A stretch of DNA of 64,000 nt from Monocercomonoides exilis PA203 (taxonomy: Eukaryota; Protista; Preaxostyla): NCBI GenBank assembly GCA_001643675.2, contig LSRY02000002.1:2294001-2358000 (forward strand), read 5' to 3'. The notes beneath the pieces are model-generated. The model saw only the letters and a program-made list of their open reading frames with translations, searched no databases and was not told the DNA's origin. A program made the position numbers and the translations under genes. The stretch's first letter is position 1; every line of letters starts with the position of its first letter. This document shows, one piece after another, positions 53,519-64,000 of the stretch.

Positions 53519-56500
53519 ATGTCGACAAAAACAGAGGAAACTCGTTCGGTATCATTATCGCTTGCATCAGAAAGTTCTACGGCAAGTGGTTTTGCATTGA
53601 CAAAATTAGGTGTTGCTGATGAATGGTATGCTCACATTAATTTTTCTAAAATATTTTTCATTTTTTCAACTATTCTTCACTATTTTGTTGAATAGGTTCT
53701 TTTCGTTGTTACTACCATTGCATCGGGTATGTGTATTTGCATTTTTCTCAGTTAATTGAACAAATATTTTTGTTGAATGAATATAGGCACAAATAACTAG
53801 TTTTTACTTCTGGCTTTTACAATTAATAATTTTTTCATTTCAATGTATTGCAATCAATTTACGATATAATGTTTGGCCAATGACTGGAGCGTTTCAACAC
53901 GGATGCCTTTCATTTTTTGGGTATGAACGTTTTGATTATCAATTTTAATAATGCAAAATTCATTAACGTTAATTGTATTCAAGATATCTTGACTTTTCCA
54001 TTTCATGGAGTAGTGACATTTTCGTGATGGTCATGCTTATTATCGTTGAATTGATTTCACTTTTATCTATTTGCGGACTATTTCTTCTTCCTGTAATTGG
54101 TCGGAAAAATCTTCGTTTGCACAGGGAAATGTCACGCATAATTGTCCTTGGATGTTCGTTGTGCTCTACTTTATTTGCAATTCCAATAATTAATGTTGAA
54201 TGCGGGCATTTTTTGTGTTATCTTGGAGGGGAACATTCATCACCTCTTATTTCCATTGATTGCCAAGGCTCTGCTCATTCTGTTTTCATTATTATAGGGT
54301 CAATTACAGGAGTTTTGCACGTTGGAATGTGCTTCTTTTTCAGATTATTTATCTTTAATTATAATTTCCATCATCTTCCTGAAGCGACGTTCTCTACACA
54401 GTCAGGGTTTTTTTCAGCACTCAGTACACTTTTACCCCAAGTTGCTGTTGTTGTTTCGCTTTGTCTAAGCACTGTACCATATGCCGCTCCCGCAATTTGT
54501 TTGGCGATCTTCTTGCTGCTAACGTTGATAATTGTATTTTATCAACCGTTTTTCCATAAACGTGGAAATTCTCTCTATGCAGCAGCATTTGCCTTTCCTG
54601 TTCCGTTCTTTGTGATGAGTATGGTCTGCACTGCTATCTTTCCATCTGCAGCTGACATTTCCGAAGGCAGACGCGCTCCGCTTTCAGATTCGCAGTGGAA
54701 TCTTTATGCATATTCATGCTGGATAGGATTTGCTGTGTTGGCTCTCGCATTCAGCATTTTAATGTATTTTCTGGCTTCTGTCAGAGCGAAGAAGCTGTGG
54801 GTTGTTGGTGAAGGCGAAGAAATCCCAGAGCTGCCTGTGAAACACAAGCAAGAATTGCAGCGCGCAATCGAAGTGCAAACACATGTGCCGTCTTCTCTTC
54901 AGATGCCTCAGCCAATTTTGCATCCAGCACAGCCATCGTCTCCTTTTATGTCTTCGCTTCCATCAACTCCCACATCTTTGAGCCAACGCGGAACACCTTT
55001 GCGGCTAACAAATTTGGGTGTTACTCCTTCGAATGAGCCATTGCCGATTCATGTGCCCCAATCGCTGGGGCCGGGGTCGAACAACACATCAAATGGAAAG
55101 CCCTTTTCAGTTTCGCAGAATCATCTGCTTCCTCATTCAAACTATTCTCCCTCAATTCAATCGTCAGAACAAGAAAAGGGGAAGAAGCCTTTAAAGCCTG
55201 CGCGTGTGGTGAAGAAGTGGAGAAGCTCTTTTGCGTGTGAGCGAGCCATTCGCTTTCTCTCATTGCGGTCGCTTCGATGCGAACACCAATACATTACATT
55301 GGCTGGTCAAGTGCTCAACTATGGCACAACTAAATTCCCCGATTCGTGTTCTATTTGGATTGAAAGTGCGCTGTTCCACCGCTACTTTTCGCACAATTTT
55401 ATGAAAGGTGTGGAGGCGCTGCGTGTGTCGAAGCAGTGCATCCCTTCGATTGTCCAGCGGTGGCTCATCCATGTTGTCACCACAGAGATGGAGAAGGATG
55501 GAGGAAGACATCGCTCCACTTGGTCGAGTGTTGACAGCTCGTCATCTGGAAACCAGTCAACAAGCGCCTTCCGCACGGGGATGACAAAGGCCACTAAAAG
55601 CTATGAATCTGCCAAGTATTTGCTCAACCAACTGTTTATCATGCTGATGAAGGACAACATCGATGTCAACCGGTCCATTCGCCTGCTCGACTTGATTGTG
55701 GAGCACGACATGACTGCCAACGATGAGTTTACTGCTCTGCTGGCTGTGTATCCGAACAGCACCCAGCTGCTTCGGGCATACGGAGTACATCTACGCGACA
55801 TTGAGCGGGATGACGAAACTGCAATGTCTCTTTTTTCGATTGCACAGCAGATTGAAGATGATCTCACCACCATCTCCTCCATGTCGCAGGAGACTGGCTC
55901 CATCGCTGCCTCGCAGATGGGTGTGCCAGGCTCTGGGCGCGAATTTAACTTTGAGCGGGCCAGCTACATCAGCACAGACAGCCGACGCTCGGCTTCGCAT
56001 CCAGACACTTACGCCTCGAAGAAGAAACAGATCACCAAGAAAAAGAGGAAGAAGTTTCGGCAGGGAAGAAGTGGAGCAAATGCAGCTGCTGCTCTGAAAC
56101 TATTTCAGGACAAAAAGAACCTGCTTCCATATTTTTATCCAGTTATGTTTATTTGTGTGATCACCATTACTGCAGGCCTTGTGATTGCATTTGTGGAATC
56201 TTGGTCAGCATTCTCGCTATCAGTAAACACTGTATCCACATTGGATTCTGTATCAAAGAGCCAAATGAACTTGTATGAAGAGATGCTTTTCTCGAAATAT
56301 TTTCACTCTCAACTGATTTACTTTCCTACACATGGAATGCCGGATGGCACTGAGTTCATCCCATCTATTCAAAAACTGGAAGGTTTGATTGGCTCACGAC
56401 GGGGAGTTCTTGTGGAGCACATGAAGACTGCATACAAATTGGCAGCTAATGCAGAAGAGCGCTCGATGTGGGAGGTGAAGTCCATCAACGTTACCTTCAG

Positions 56501-59500
56501 CTCCACTGTCGGTGATCAAGTCACTGGAATGTGGAGTGTGAAATGCAACCTGATTGACGCATGCGCCACAGCAGCAAACAGTGGCTGGGATTTGCAGCAA
56601 TATGATGTGACTGGCGAGACACCTCCGCTTTCCACAGGATACTATTTCATCAGCGCAAATGTGCCAATTGCAATGATGGAGACGATGAAGGCGCTTGCCA
56701 TTGTTACCATCCAGAATGTGGAGAAGAAGGCTCAGGAATCTGTGTTTATTACTCTTGTTTTGGGGATTGTTATAACAATAGTCGATATTGCTGGACTTCT
56801 CATTCAATACGTTCTCACCATTCGTAAGTTGAAGAAAGAGCGTCACTCGATTGTGTATGATTTCCTGACAGCACCAAAGAACAAAATTCTGAAGCTGAAG
56901 ATGCGACTGGAGGAGGCAGACAAAGACCACGAGGACGATGCACTGCGGTGGGACCAACGAATGCGGCAGAGCCGGTCAAGAGACTTATTTGATACTACAA
57001 CAGACAGCACAGCAAGATCAAAGCGAAACAGGGATGATGCAGACGACTTATCGGAAATGAGGTCACATCCTCAATTGTCGCAGATAAATGAAGAAAAGTC
57101 GGATGGGATTGAATCACCAGAGCATTCTCAGAGCATGATTGACGATTCACAGGTTGATGTCAGTTTTCAAAAGGTGCTGAAAACAGTGGGAATCGATCTT
57201 AGCGATCAGCCTGGACCAAAATTCCGAACGATTTCATCAACCGATGAGGCAACGGAGCAGCAGCGCGAACCTGTTGATCCAATGGACAGAGCCCCGTCAG
57301 CAGCATCGTTTGATGCTCAAACGAATCAAGGATATCAAAGGAACGCAGTATCATCAATGTATCAGACACGATCTTCTATTACTTCATTTGGAAATGACTA
57401 TTCTGCATTGAAAGTATCACCCACAACAAGTGCAACGACTTTTGCATCTGCGTATGGAAATGTACCAAACATGAAAACTGCACCCGCTCCCACGCCTTCA
57501 CCATTCCAGAGTGCTTTGTTCCAGCAAACGCAGCAACAAGTCGGACAGCTGCAGATGATTCCTCATCCAAACGATCCAACTGGCCAGGCAGCTTTGATGA
57601 TGCAGGCGCAATCTCAACAAGCAGACAGTCAAAGCCCATCTCTTATTCCTTCGTTGTATTCTGTACTCACTCAAAATGGATCGATTGCGAATCAAATGCC
57701 TGGAATGCCACTGAGCGATGATCGAGAGCGCTATTTGTACGAAGAACAGAAATCTGAAAAGACCCACAAGCATCACCATGGTAAGCATCAACAGTCGAAA
57801 AAGCATCGTTCAGAAAAGGATGGAGAGCAAGATGCTATGCAATATCTTACGACTTCCATGCCGTCTTCTCCTTTGGCACCAGGTTCGTCCAATGCTGGCC
57901 CAGAACTCTCTAATTCTGCTGGTGGAGATAAGAATGACTTGGAGAAGGAGAGGCTCGCTCAGGAAGAGGCAAATGAGGAGAATGAAATGAAACTTGAAGC
58001 AATGGAGGAGCAAGACAAATTGGCAGATTTGGAAGAAAAGGTAAAGAAAAACAACTCATTTATTCCATGTTCTTTCTATTTCCGTGTCGTTGTTGGATTG
58101 ATATTTATCATCACATTCTCAATTGTATTTTATTCTATTTCGAGTGTTGCCATCACATCCGTGTCGAAGCCTAATGGAGCCATTTATCTTGCGTCCTTCC
58201 GAACAGTTATTGTCGAACTTATTGCACTTCTTTCAATGAGCATCGTTACACCTTATTACACAATGCCTGATAATGCAAAGGATATGATACACACCACTGC
58301 CACTTGCCCTCTCTGGGACGGGCTGAATCATTTGTCCAACAATCTCACCGAAATTCAAAGGCTTATGAAAAGAACCGAGACATTTTTCTCGTTGCTTCAT
58401 CAGAAAGTGAAAGAAGGCGGAGGCAAAAACACTGGAGGTGCAATCACAGGTGATGATATGATAGATTCTTTGGATACTCCACGAACTTATGTAGTTGACT
58501 CGGAAATCAACAAACTCATGCTCGATTCTGCAGAATGTTTTCCTGTGGAGTCGCAAGCTGATTGCAACAACAAAACACGTTTGTATGGAATGTCTGGGAA
58601 TTTCAGTGGATTGGATGGTCTTATAAATACTTTTCTTTCATCTTCGATTGTCATTGCAAGCGACAGGAATCCAAACATTCTACTTGCGAATAATTCTCAC
58701 ATACAAGTTATCAATAGCTTGACAATGAATGATTTAAAAGGAGGATTGCTGAAGTACTCTCAGATTCTCAGCAACGAGCAAGACATCTCTATCAATGCAT
58801 ACAACTCTCTTTTAATTGCATTCTTTGTTCTGAATATCGGTGCAATTGCGCTTAGCTTCTTTGGCTGTTTCCTGCAGACGCGAGATCAGCTATTCAACAT
58901 TGCGAAGAAGACGGTGAAAATACTCGATTTGGATCCTCGCAACGACCAGACGCTGCACATGATGGAGTGGAGCGAGCAGCATATGTCTGATGTTCCTCGG
59001 CTGGACAATGCGCATCAGCAGTGCTGCAACTATGCACTCGATCTGCTGGACAGCGTTGAGAAGATCGAGATTGACGTGCAGCAAATTAAGAGTGTGTCGC
59101 ACGGCGCCACAACGTCAGATGTGGAAGAGCGCAAGGCCAAGCACATGATTGAGCTGAAACAGAAGCTTAGATCGTTTGTGGTTGCGTTCTTCCTTTCGTT
59201 CTCAGATGAGGAGGTGATGATGAGGAGGTTTTCTGTCTCGCACAAGCACCGGAAGAAGCACTTTTCAGAGCACATCAACCAAGTGCGAAAGATATGCAAG
59301 TTTGTTATTTCGGCAGCGCGCGAAGGTGTGTCGTCGCAGTCAGTTGTGGAGAACACAGGAATGTGGCTGTCTGACCACGTGGCCAAGACAGACAAAGAGC
59401 TGGGCACGATTTTGATGGGAAAGGCTCCTCCGTCGGAGCTTGAACGGGATGTCTCACTTGATGTTATACCTGAAGAATCCATCTTTCCAATGTCTTTCAT

Positions 59501-59582
59501 TAACTTTCTGCAGTCTGATGATGCGAGTCTTGTTGATAGGAATTTGTATGAGTCGTTTTGCCACACTTTTCATCTGAAGTGA
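53519..59582 (+). CDS. TmcB-like multi-pass membrane protein with TPR region and C-terminal hemerythrin-like domain, 4 exons, ~1956 aa
   Basis: Exons 53519..53625, 53696..53726, 53787..53920 and 53984..59582 total 5871 nt, in frame. N-terminal bundle of ~8 TM helices (YQPFFH..GN); TPR-like YGTTKFPDS and FTALLAVYPNSTQLLRAYGVHLRDIERDDETA; two TM-loop-TM units; then the hemerythrin signature. Confidence 0.8.
58960..59410 (+). other. Bacteriohemerythrin-like di-iron four-helix domain within the TmcB-like CDS
   Basis: MEWSEQHMSDVPRLDNAHQ ... SFSDEEVMM ... HFSEH ... WLSDHVAKTDKEL matches the W-x8/9-(I/L)DxxH ... HFxxEExxM ... HxxxH ... WLxxHIxxxD pattern, except for one His-to-Ser change. Confidence 0.85.
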
Positions 59583-60252
59583 GGATTTGATTAATTTCAT
59601 TGTCTTCTTTCTGATAAAATATATGCACTTTCTTTCAGCTAATCATTTCGCCATTTATAAATATGTAATATCTATGTTTGTATTTTATTGCAGATTTATT
59701 ATCTTCACTAACGGAAGGGACGTATTTTTTGTTTACAAGTTCTTATGTATTTTTTATTGCAACTTATAATTATTTTTATAAACTCATTCACTTCACTCTA
59801 TTAATAACCACTTCAGTTTGATGGTGTTTTTTACATTTATTTGTGTTTTATTGACGTTTTTAGTAATAAACCTTGACGTTTTTTTTACTTAACTATTTTA
59901 TAGAAAAAACTTAGAGATTTGTTTTTTTGTTTTCTAAAACCACCAACTTCGAATTTCATTCGATGAAATATTTTTCTCGCTCATTTTCTTTATAACACTT
60001 TCAATAATAATTTGGCTATCGCTTTTAGTCTGTTTTTTTATTGTTTTAAAAAATGCACACAAACAAATAGCATGCCTTTAAGCATTTTGGTAATAAAAAG
60101 AAATAAACTTTACAATATTTACACGCAAAAAAGCACAGATTGTATAAAAACTATGTAATCAACAATAAACAAAAAATACAAACGTAAACAGTAAGTTTTA
60201 AAAAGTCGTGAACAAAAAAAAAATACAGAACGAATATCTTATAATAAATGAA

Positions 60253-63200
60253 TTATGAACGGAAAAGATTGGAGCGTGCAATTGTGGAGTCTGAAAATAT
60301 CTCTGAATTCGATGAAGGAGGCGGAAGGAGAGCAGAAGGAGGAACCAATGTTGTGGCAGTCTGTGTATTTGTTGGATAAAAACCTGAAGAAGAGTCTGCT
60401 ATTATTGGAGAGATGGGAAAAGCAGATGAGGTTGTTAACAATGCATTTGTAGCCTTTGACGAAGTGGTTGTCTGCAACGAGAATAAAGTTGATGATAATG
60501 CAGGTGCTGTTGCAGCCGCTGAATTCAACAGATTCGAAGGAGCAACTAGATATGTCTGATCGTTTTTCCCTCCTTTTTCATTTGACGTTTCCTCTTTTGA
60601 GGTCATTCCCATTGTTGCTTTGTCTTTTTGTTCTTTTCTAAGTCCAACAGCTGCTGCAAACTGCTTCTTCAGCATTTCCCATCCGCTGTCTTTCTTCTCT
60701 TTCCTTGATTTTTCTTCTTGTGGAGCCTCATTTTCTTCTTCTTCTGATTGTTCAAGCTCTGCTCTTCCTGAATCTCCTAGTCCCAGACGCTGTGAAATAA
60801 CTGACAGAATATGAGAATAGCGTCGTTTTCTGTTCTTTTCAAGCTTTTCCTTGCCAATCCGCTTCATCTTCTCTTCCCATGCTGTGAGTTCATTAAACAC
60901 GGATGAATGAGAAACAGGAGAGCTTTCAAACTTTGGTATTTTTAATCCTCCGCTGCGAATGTGGTGCTGCCGATGTTTATGCTGCTTCAGTTTTCTGTTA
61001 TGGATTGCATAGCTTTTCCCTTTTGCAGTCTGATTCTCTGTTGTCTGATTTGATCTGGAATTGACATTTAATTCACTCCCTGTGTCACTCGATGTTTCTG
61101 ATTCAGTTTCTCCGAGAAATTCGCTTTTGTCCTTTTTCTCATCATAGTTTTTCTTTTGTTTTTGCTCATTCGATAAACCTTCATTTTTCTTGATTTCTTC
61201 ATCTTCTTCTGAAATAGCAGGTTCCGTGACGCTCTTTCTATGATGCCTTTCCTCTTTCTCTCTCAGCCTCTTTTCATTCAAATGTTTGTAATACCTCCTC
61301 TTTCTTTGTCTGTGCCTCTTCTTCCTCCTGTTTCTCCTTTCCTTCCTCTTCTTCACTTCTTCAACCAACCTCCTTCTCTGTTCAAGTGCATCAAATACAT
61401 CATCCTCATCGGGACATCTCTTCTTCTTTTTAACTCCGAAATCTTCGCCTTCTGCGCTGCTTGTCTCATCTCCAATCACAATCCCATCGAGCACATCCAA
61501 TCCTTGTGTCTTGCCTTTGGCTGCTGCACTCGAAGGAGAATCGATTTCTATCTGACTGATATCCTTTTTTGAAATATCTTCAATTGGTTCATCCATTTTG
61601 TTCATTGGCTTCAATTCATTATTGTCCTTTTCTTCTTCTTCATCGACTTCATCCTCATCATACGGCGACAGTGATGGAATAGACAGCTGTCTCTTGTTTT
61701 GTAGCTTCTTCTTCACAACAGCAAGTGCATGTGCTGTGTGATGATGTGGTGAAAGCGACGGTGGAAGAGACTCCGCCATCGACATCGATGCTGAAGTTGC
61801 ACCTCTTCCACCCAAAACTGGCTGCTTTTCTGAAAGTTGCTGAGATGATGGCGCTTGAGTCGCAGATGATTGCTTCTGGCTCAACGGCTTTAGTGACAGC
61901 GCAGGTGTCTGAATCTGTTCAGCTGCTTTGTTTCTTGGAGGCGAAAACTCGGCAAACAGATCATCGTCGTCTTCTTCGTCTGCCTCATTCAATTGGATGG
62001 GGTGGAGTGCATCTCCTCCATTCAAGCGCCTTACCTCTTCTTTCTCCTCCTCCAGCTTTTGATTCTCTTTGTCTGCTTTTATTCCGAGTTCAAACAATTT
62101 TGCTCTTTTTCTTTCTTCTCTCTCTTTCTTCTCCTTTGCTGAGATGGCTTGTCTGATCCTCTGTACTTCTGTTAGATGAAGCCGCCACACAGAAATTGAG
62201 CGTGATGCTGAAAAGAGATGGTGTGATTTGATGTCTGAAGACGAAGAAATAGAAGAAGTTGTGGAAGATGTGAATGAAGAAGTTGAACAGGGAGAAGAAG
62301 ATGCTTTGGAATCAGAAGAATGTGCTGAAATATCTGAAAATGATGAAGAAGAAAAAGGAGAAGATGATGAAAATGTTGATGAAAGAGAAGAAGATCGTGA
62401 ATGTGTTGAAGACAGGAAAGATGAAGGTGATGGTGATCTGCTTGATGAACGAGATTGAAAAGAAGAAGAAGAAGAAGAAGAGTCGAATGAAGATGTGTTG
62501 GATGAAGTTGAGTCAGGTGAAGATGAATGGCCAGACTGTCTGTGCTGAGCATCTGAAGAATGAAATGAAGAGTTTTGAGTGTGTCGCTTTTTGTGTTTGT
62601 GAGCAGGCGAAAAGGAGGGAGAAAACGAAGAATGCGACTCAGAGTCAGAGAGTGAGATAACAGAAGCAGACAAAGACGGCTTGTACTTCAATGAACACTT
62701 GCTGCTTTGTGAGGAAGACTTCTTCAGCGAAAGAGAAGAGCCAGCAGACAGGTCAATATCATAGCTCATTCCAGACGGTGTGAGCTTTGCCTGTGAAAAT
62801 GGATTCCCGGAGCTTGCAAAGTTTGACGGTGACAGCGACGACAGAGAGGACGATCCAGAAGCAGAAGAGCCGAGAAGAGTGTTGGGAGGTGTGGGTGGAA
62901 CAGAAAACAGCGAGAAGGAGCCAGAAGGGTATGTCATTTCTGAAGCGTGTGGAGAGAGGGAAGAGGCAGACGGGGCAACAGTGACTGAACGAAGGCCCCG
63001 GCGCTGGTGCGCGAGAGAGGGAGACATCATCATCGAAGAGGCGGTGGAAAAGGAAGCGAAAATGTTGGTTGAGGTTTGGAGGGGTGTTGAGGGGGGGAGG
63101 CTGGTTCCGGTGGATTGAGATGAAGGAGAAGAGAGTAATGAAGAAGAGGAAGAGGAAGAGGAGGAATAGGAGGAAGAAGAATATTGGGATGAAGAGGATG

Positions 63201-64000
63201 ATAATGATGATGTTGTTGTTGTTGATGAAAATGAGGGAGAAAGAGAACCAGAATTGTGAGAAGAAACCTGAGAAGGGGCAAAAATAGGGGAAGAGAGCGA
63301 AGGAGCAAACTGAGGTGAAAGTGAAGTTGGTTCTTTGTTCTGAAAGGAAGAGTATGAAGTGTGCAGAAAAGAGGGCACAATTTGAGGTTTTGAAGGAAGC
63401 AGAGGGAGAGTGAGAGTGGCAGAAGGGGAAAGAAGAGGGAAAGGAAATGAATTTGATGACTGAGGAAAAGAGACGAAGGAGCTGTAGTTAGGATGGTGAG
63501 AGAGAAATGGACTGGAAGAAGGCACAGAAGAAGAATTCTGAGGAGAAGTGAAGTGGAAAATGGACTGATCATTTGAAGTGTGTGTTGCTGTTGATGATGA
63601 TGATGAGGAGGAGGAGGAGGAAGAAGAAGAAGAAGAAGAGGAAGATGGTTGCATTGTGAATTGAGTGTGTGATTGTGTCTGATAAGCAGCAGGAGAAGAG
63701 AGAAAAGAAGGATAAGTGATTGAAGTGGGTAAGGGTGTTATCACAGACGAAGGAAGAGCAGAAGACGAAAGGGACGAAACAGATGATCCATTGTTAGCAT
63801 TCATGCCCTGTGTTGATTGTGTGTGTGGATCAGATGTTAAAGAGTGAAGTGAAGATGAAGGGAGAGCGAAGAGAGTGGCAGCAGATGTGAGCACAGCTGT
63901 TGAGGTAGAGAGAGAATTGACTCCGTCGCTTTGGTCGAGCTGGCTGGCTGAGGAAGGATTGTCTGAGTAGATTTGGTGAAATGGCGATGATGATGTGCCA
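60253..64000 (-). CDS. Large Ser-rich/charged low-complexity hypothetical protein; 5' end lies beyond the window
   Basis: The frame of ORF 60253..63894 stays open to the window edge, and the listed start is an internal GTG. Poly-Ser tracts, coiled-coil-like E/K/R segments and an NLS-like basic cluster (RRNRRKKRHRQRKRR). No recognisable domain. Confidence 0.7.
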   Translation of the reverse strand, partial: GTSSSPFHQIYSDNPSSASQLDQSDGVNSLSTSTAVLTSAATLFALPSSSLHSLTSDPHTQSTQGMNANNGSSVSSLSSSALPSSVITPLPTSITYPSFLSSPAAYQTQSHTQFTMQPSSSSSSSSSSSSSSSSSSTATHTSNDQSIFHFTSPQNSSSVPSSSPFLSHHPNYSSFVSFPQSSNSFPFPLLSPSATLTLPLLPSKPQIVPSFLHTSYSSFQNKEPTSLSPQFAPSLSSPIFAPSQVSSHNSGSLSPSFSSTTTTSSLSSSSSQYSSSSYSSSSSSSSSLLSSPSSQSTGTSLPPSTPLQTSTNIFASFSTASSMMMSPSLAHQRRGLRSVTVAPSASSLSPHASEMTYPSGSFSLFSVPPTPPNTLLGSSASGSSSLSSLSPSNFASSGNPFSQAKLTPSGMSYDIDLSAGSSLSLKKSSSQSSKCSLKYKPSLSASVISLSDSESHSSFSPSFSPAHKHKKRHTQNSSFHSSDAQHRQSGHSSSPDSTSSNTSSFDSSSSSSSFQSRSSSRSPSPSSFLSSTHSRSSSLSSTFSSSSPFSSSSFSDISAHSSDSKASSSPCSTSSFTSSTTSSISSSSDIKSHHLFSASRSISVWRLHLTEVQRIRQAISAKEKKEREERKRAKLFELGIKADKENQKLEEEKEEVRRLNGGDALHPIQLNEADEEDDDDLFAEFSPPRNKAAEQIQTPALSLKPLSQKQSSATQAPSSQQLSEKQPVLGGRGATSASMSMAESLPPSLSPHHHTAHALAVVKKKLQNKRQLSIPSLSPYDEDEVDEEEEKDNNELKPMNKMDEPIEDISKKDISQIEIDSPSSAAAKGKTQGLDVLDGIVIGDETSSAEGEDFGVKKKKRCPDEDDVFDALEQRRRLVEEVKKRKERRNRRKKRHRQRKRRYYKHLNEKRLREKEERHHRKSVTEPAISEEDEEIKKNEGLSNEQKQKKNYDEKKDKSEFLGETESETSSDTGSELNVNSRSNQTTENQTAKGKSYAIHNRKLKQHKHRQHHIRSGGLKIPKFESSPVSHSSVFNELTAWEEKMKRIGKEKLEKNRKRRYSHILSVISQRLGLGDSGRAELEQSEEEENEAPQEEKSRKEKKDSGWEMLKKQFAAAVGLRKEQKDKATMGMTSKEETSNEKGGKNDQTYLVAPSNLLNSAAATAPALSSTLFSLQTTTSSKATNALLTTSSAFPISPIIADSSSGFYPTNTQTATTLVPPSALLPPPSSNSEIFSDSTIARSNLFRS

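Noticed and set aside
58860-59460. Higher GC of the hemerythrin segment as evidence of recent horizontal transfer
   Set aside because: Equally GC-rich patches occur inside SEL1L, ORC4 and the TPR part of the same gene. Only a phylogeny can address origin.
1-64000. tRNA, rRNA or snRNA genes
   Set aside because: No cloverleaf, T-loop or rRNA-like segment recognised by eye. Small AT-rich ncRNAs cannot be excluded without a covariance-model search.

Overview
AT-rich eukaryotic genomic DNA with short GT-AG introns, read in the standard genetic code. Gene content and style suggest an oxymonad/metamonad protist such as Monocercomonoides (inference, not proven). Left to right: (1) the 5' part of a xanthine dehydrogenase/aldehyde oxidase; (2) a SHIPPO/ODF3-like axonemal protein; (3) an 8-exon, ~1586-aa ORC4, whose first exons are missing from the ORF track and which has a ~750-aa acidic/AT-hook insertion inside the AAA+ domain; (4) a ~4.65-kb pogo/Fot1-like DD35D transposon with TIRs, an intron, a large catalytic-core insertion and one frameshift; (5) a 255-bp fold-back element; (6) ECD/SGT1; (7) an FLVCR/SLC49-type MFS transporter; (8) an intronless 8113-aa Pmp-like beta-helix type I membrane protein with 15 Cys-capped modules; (9) an orphan 4-TM protein; (10) SEL1L/Hrd3; (11) a ~1956-aa TmcB-like multi-TM receptor ending in a bacterial-type hemerythrin domain, a candidate O2/NO/iron sensor; (12) the 3' part of a Ser-rich protein. 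The best candidates for something new are the TmcB-hemerythrin receptor and the AT-hook-expanded ORC4. All family calls are by-eye motif recognition; no searches were run.
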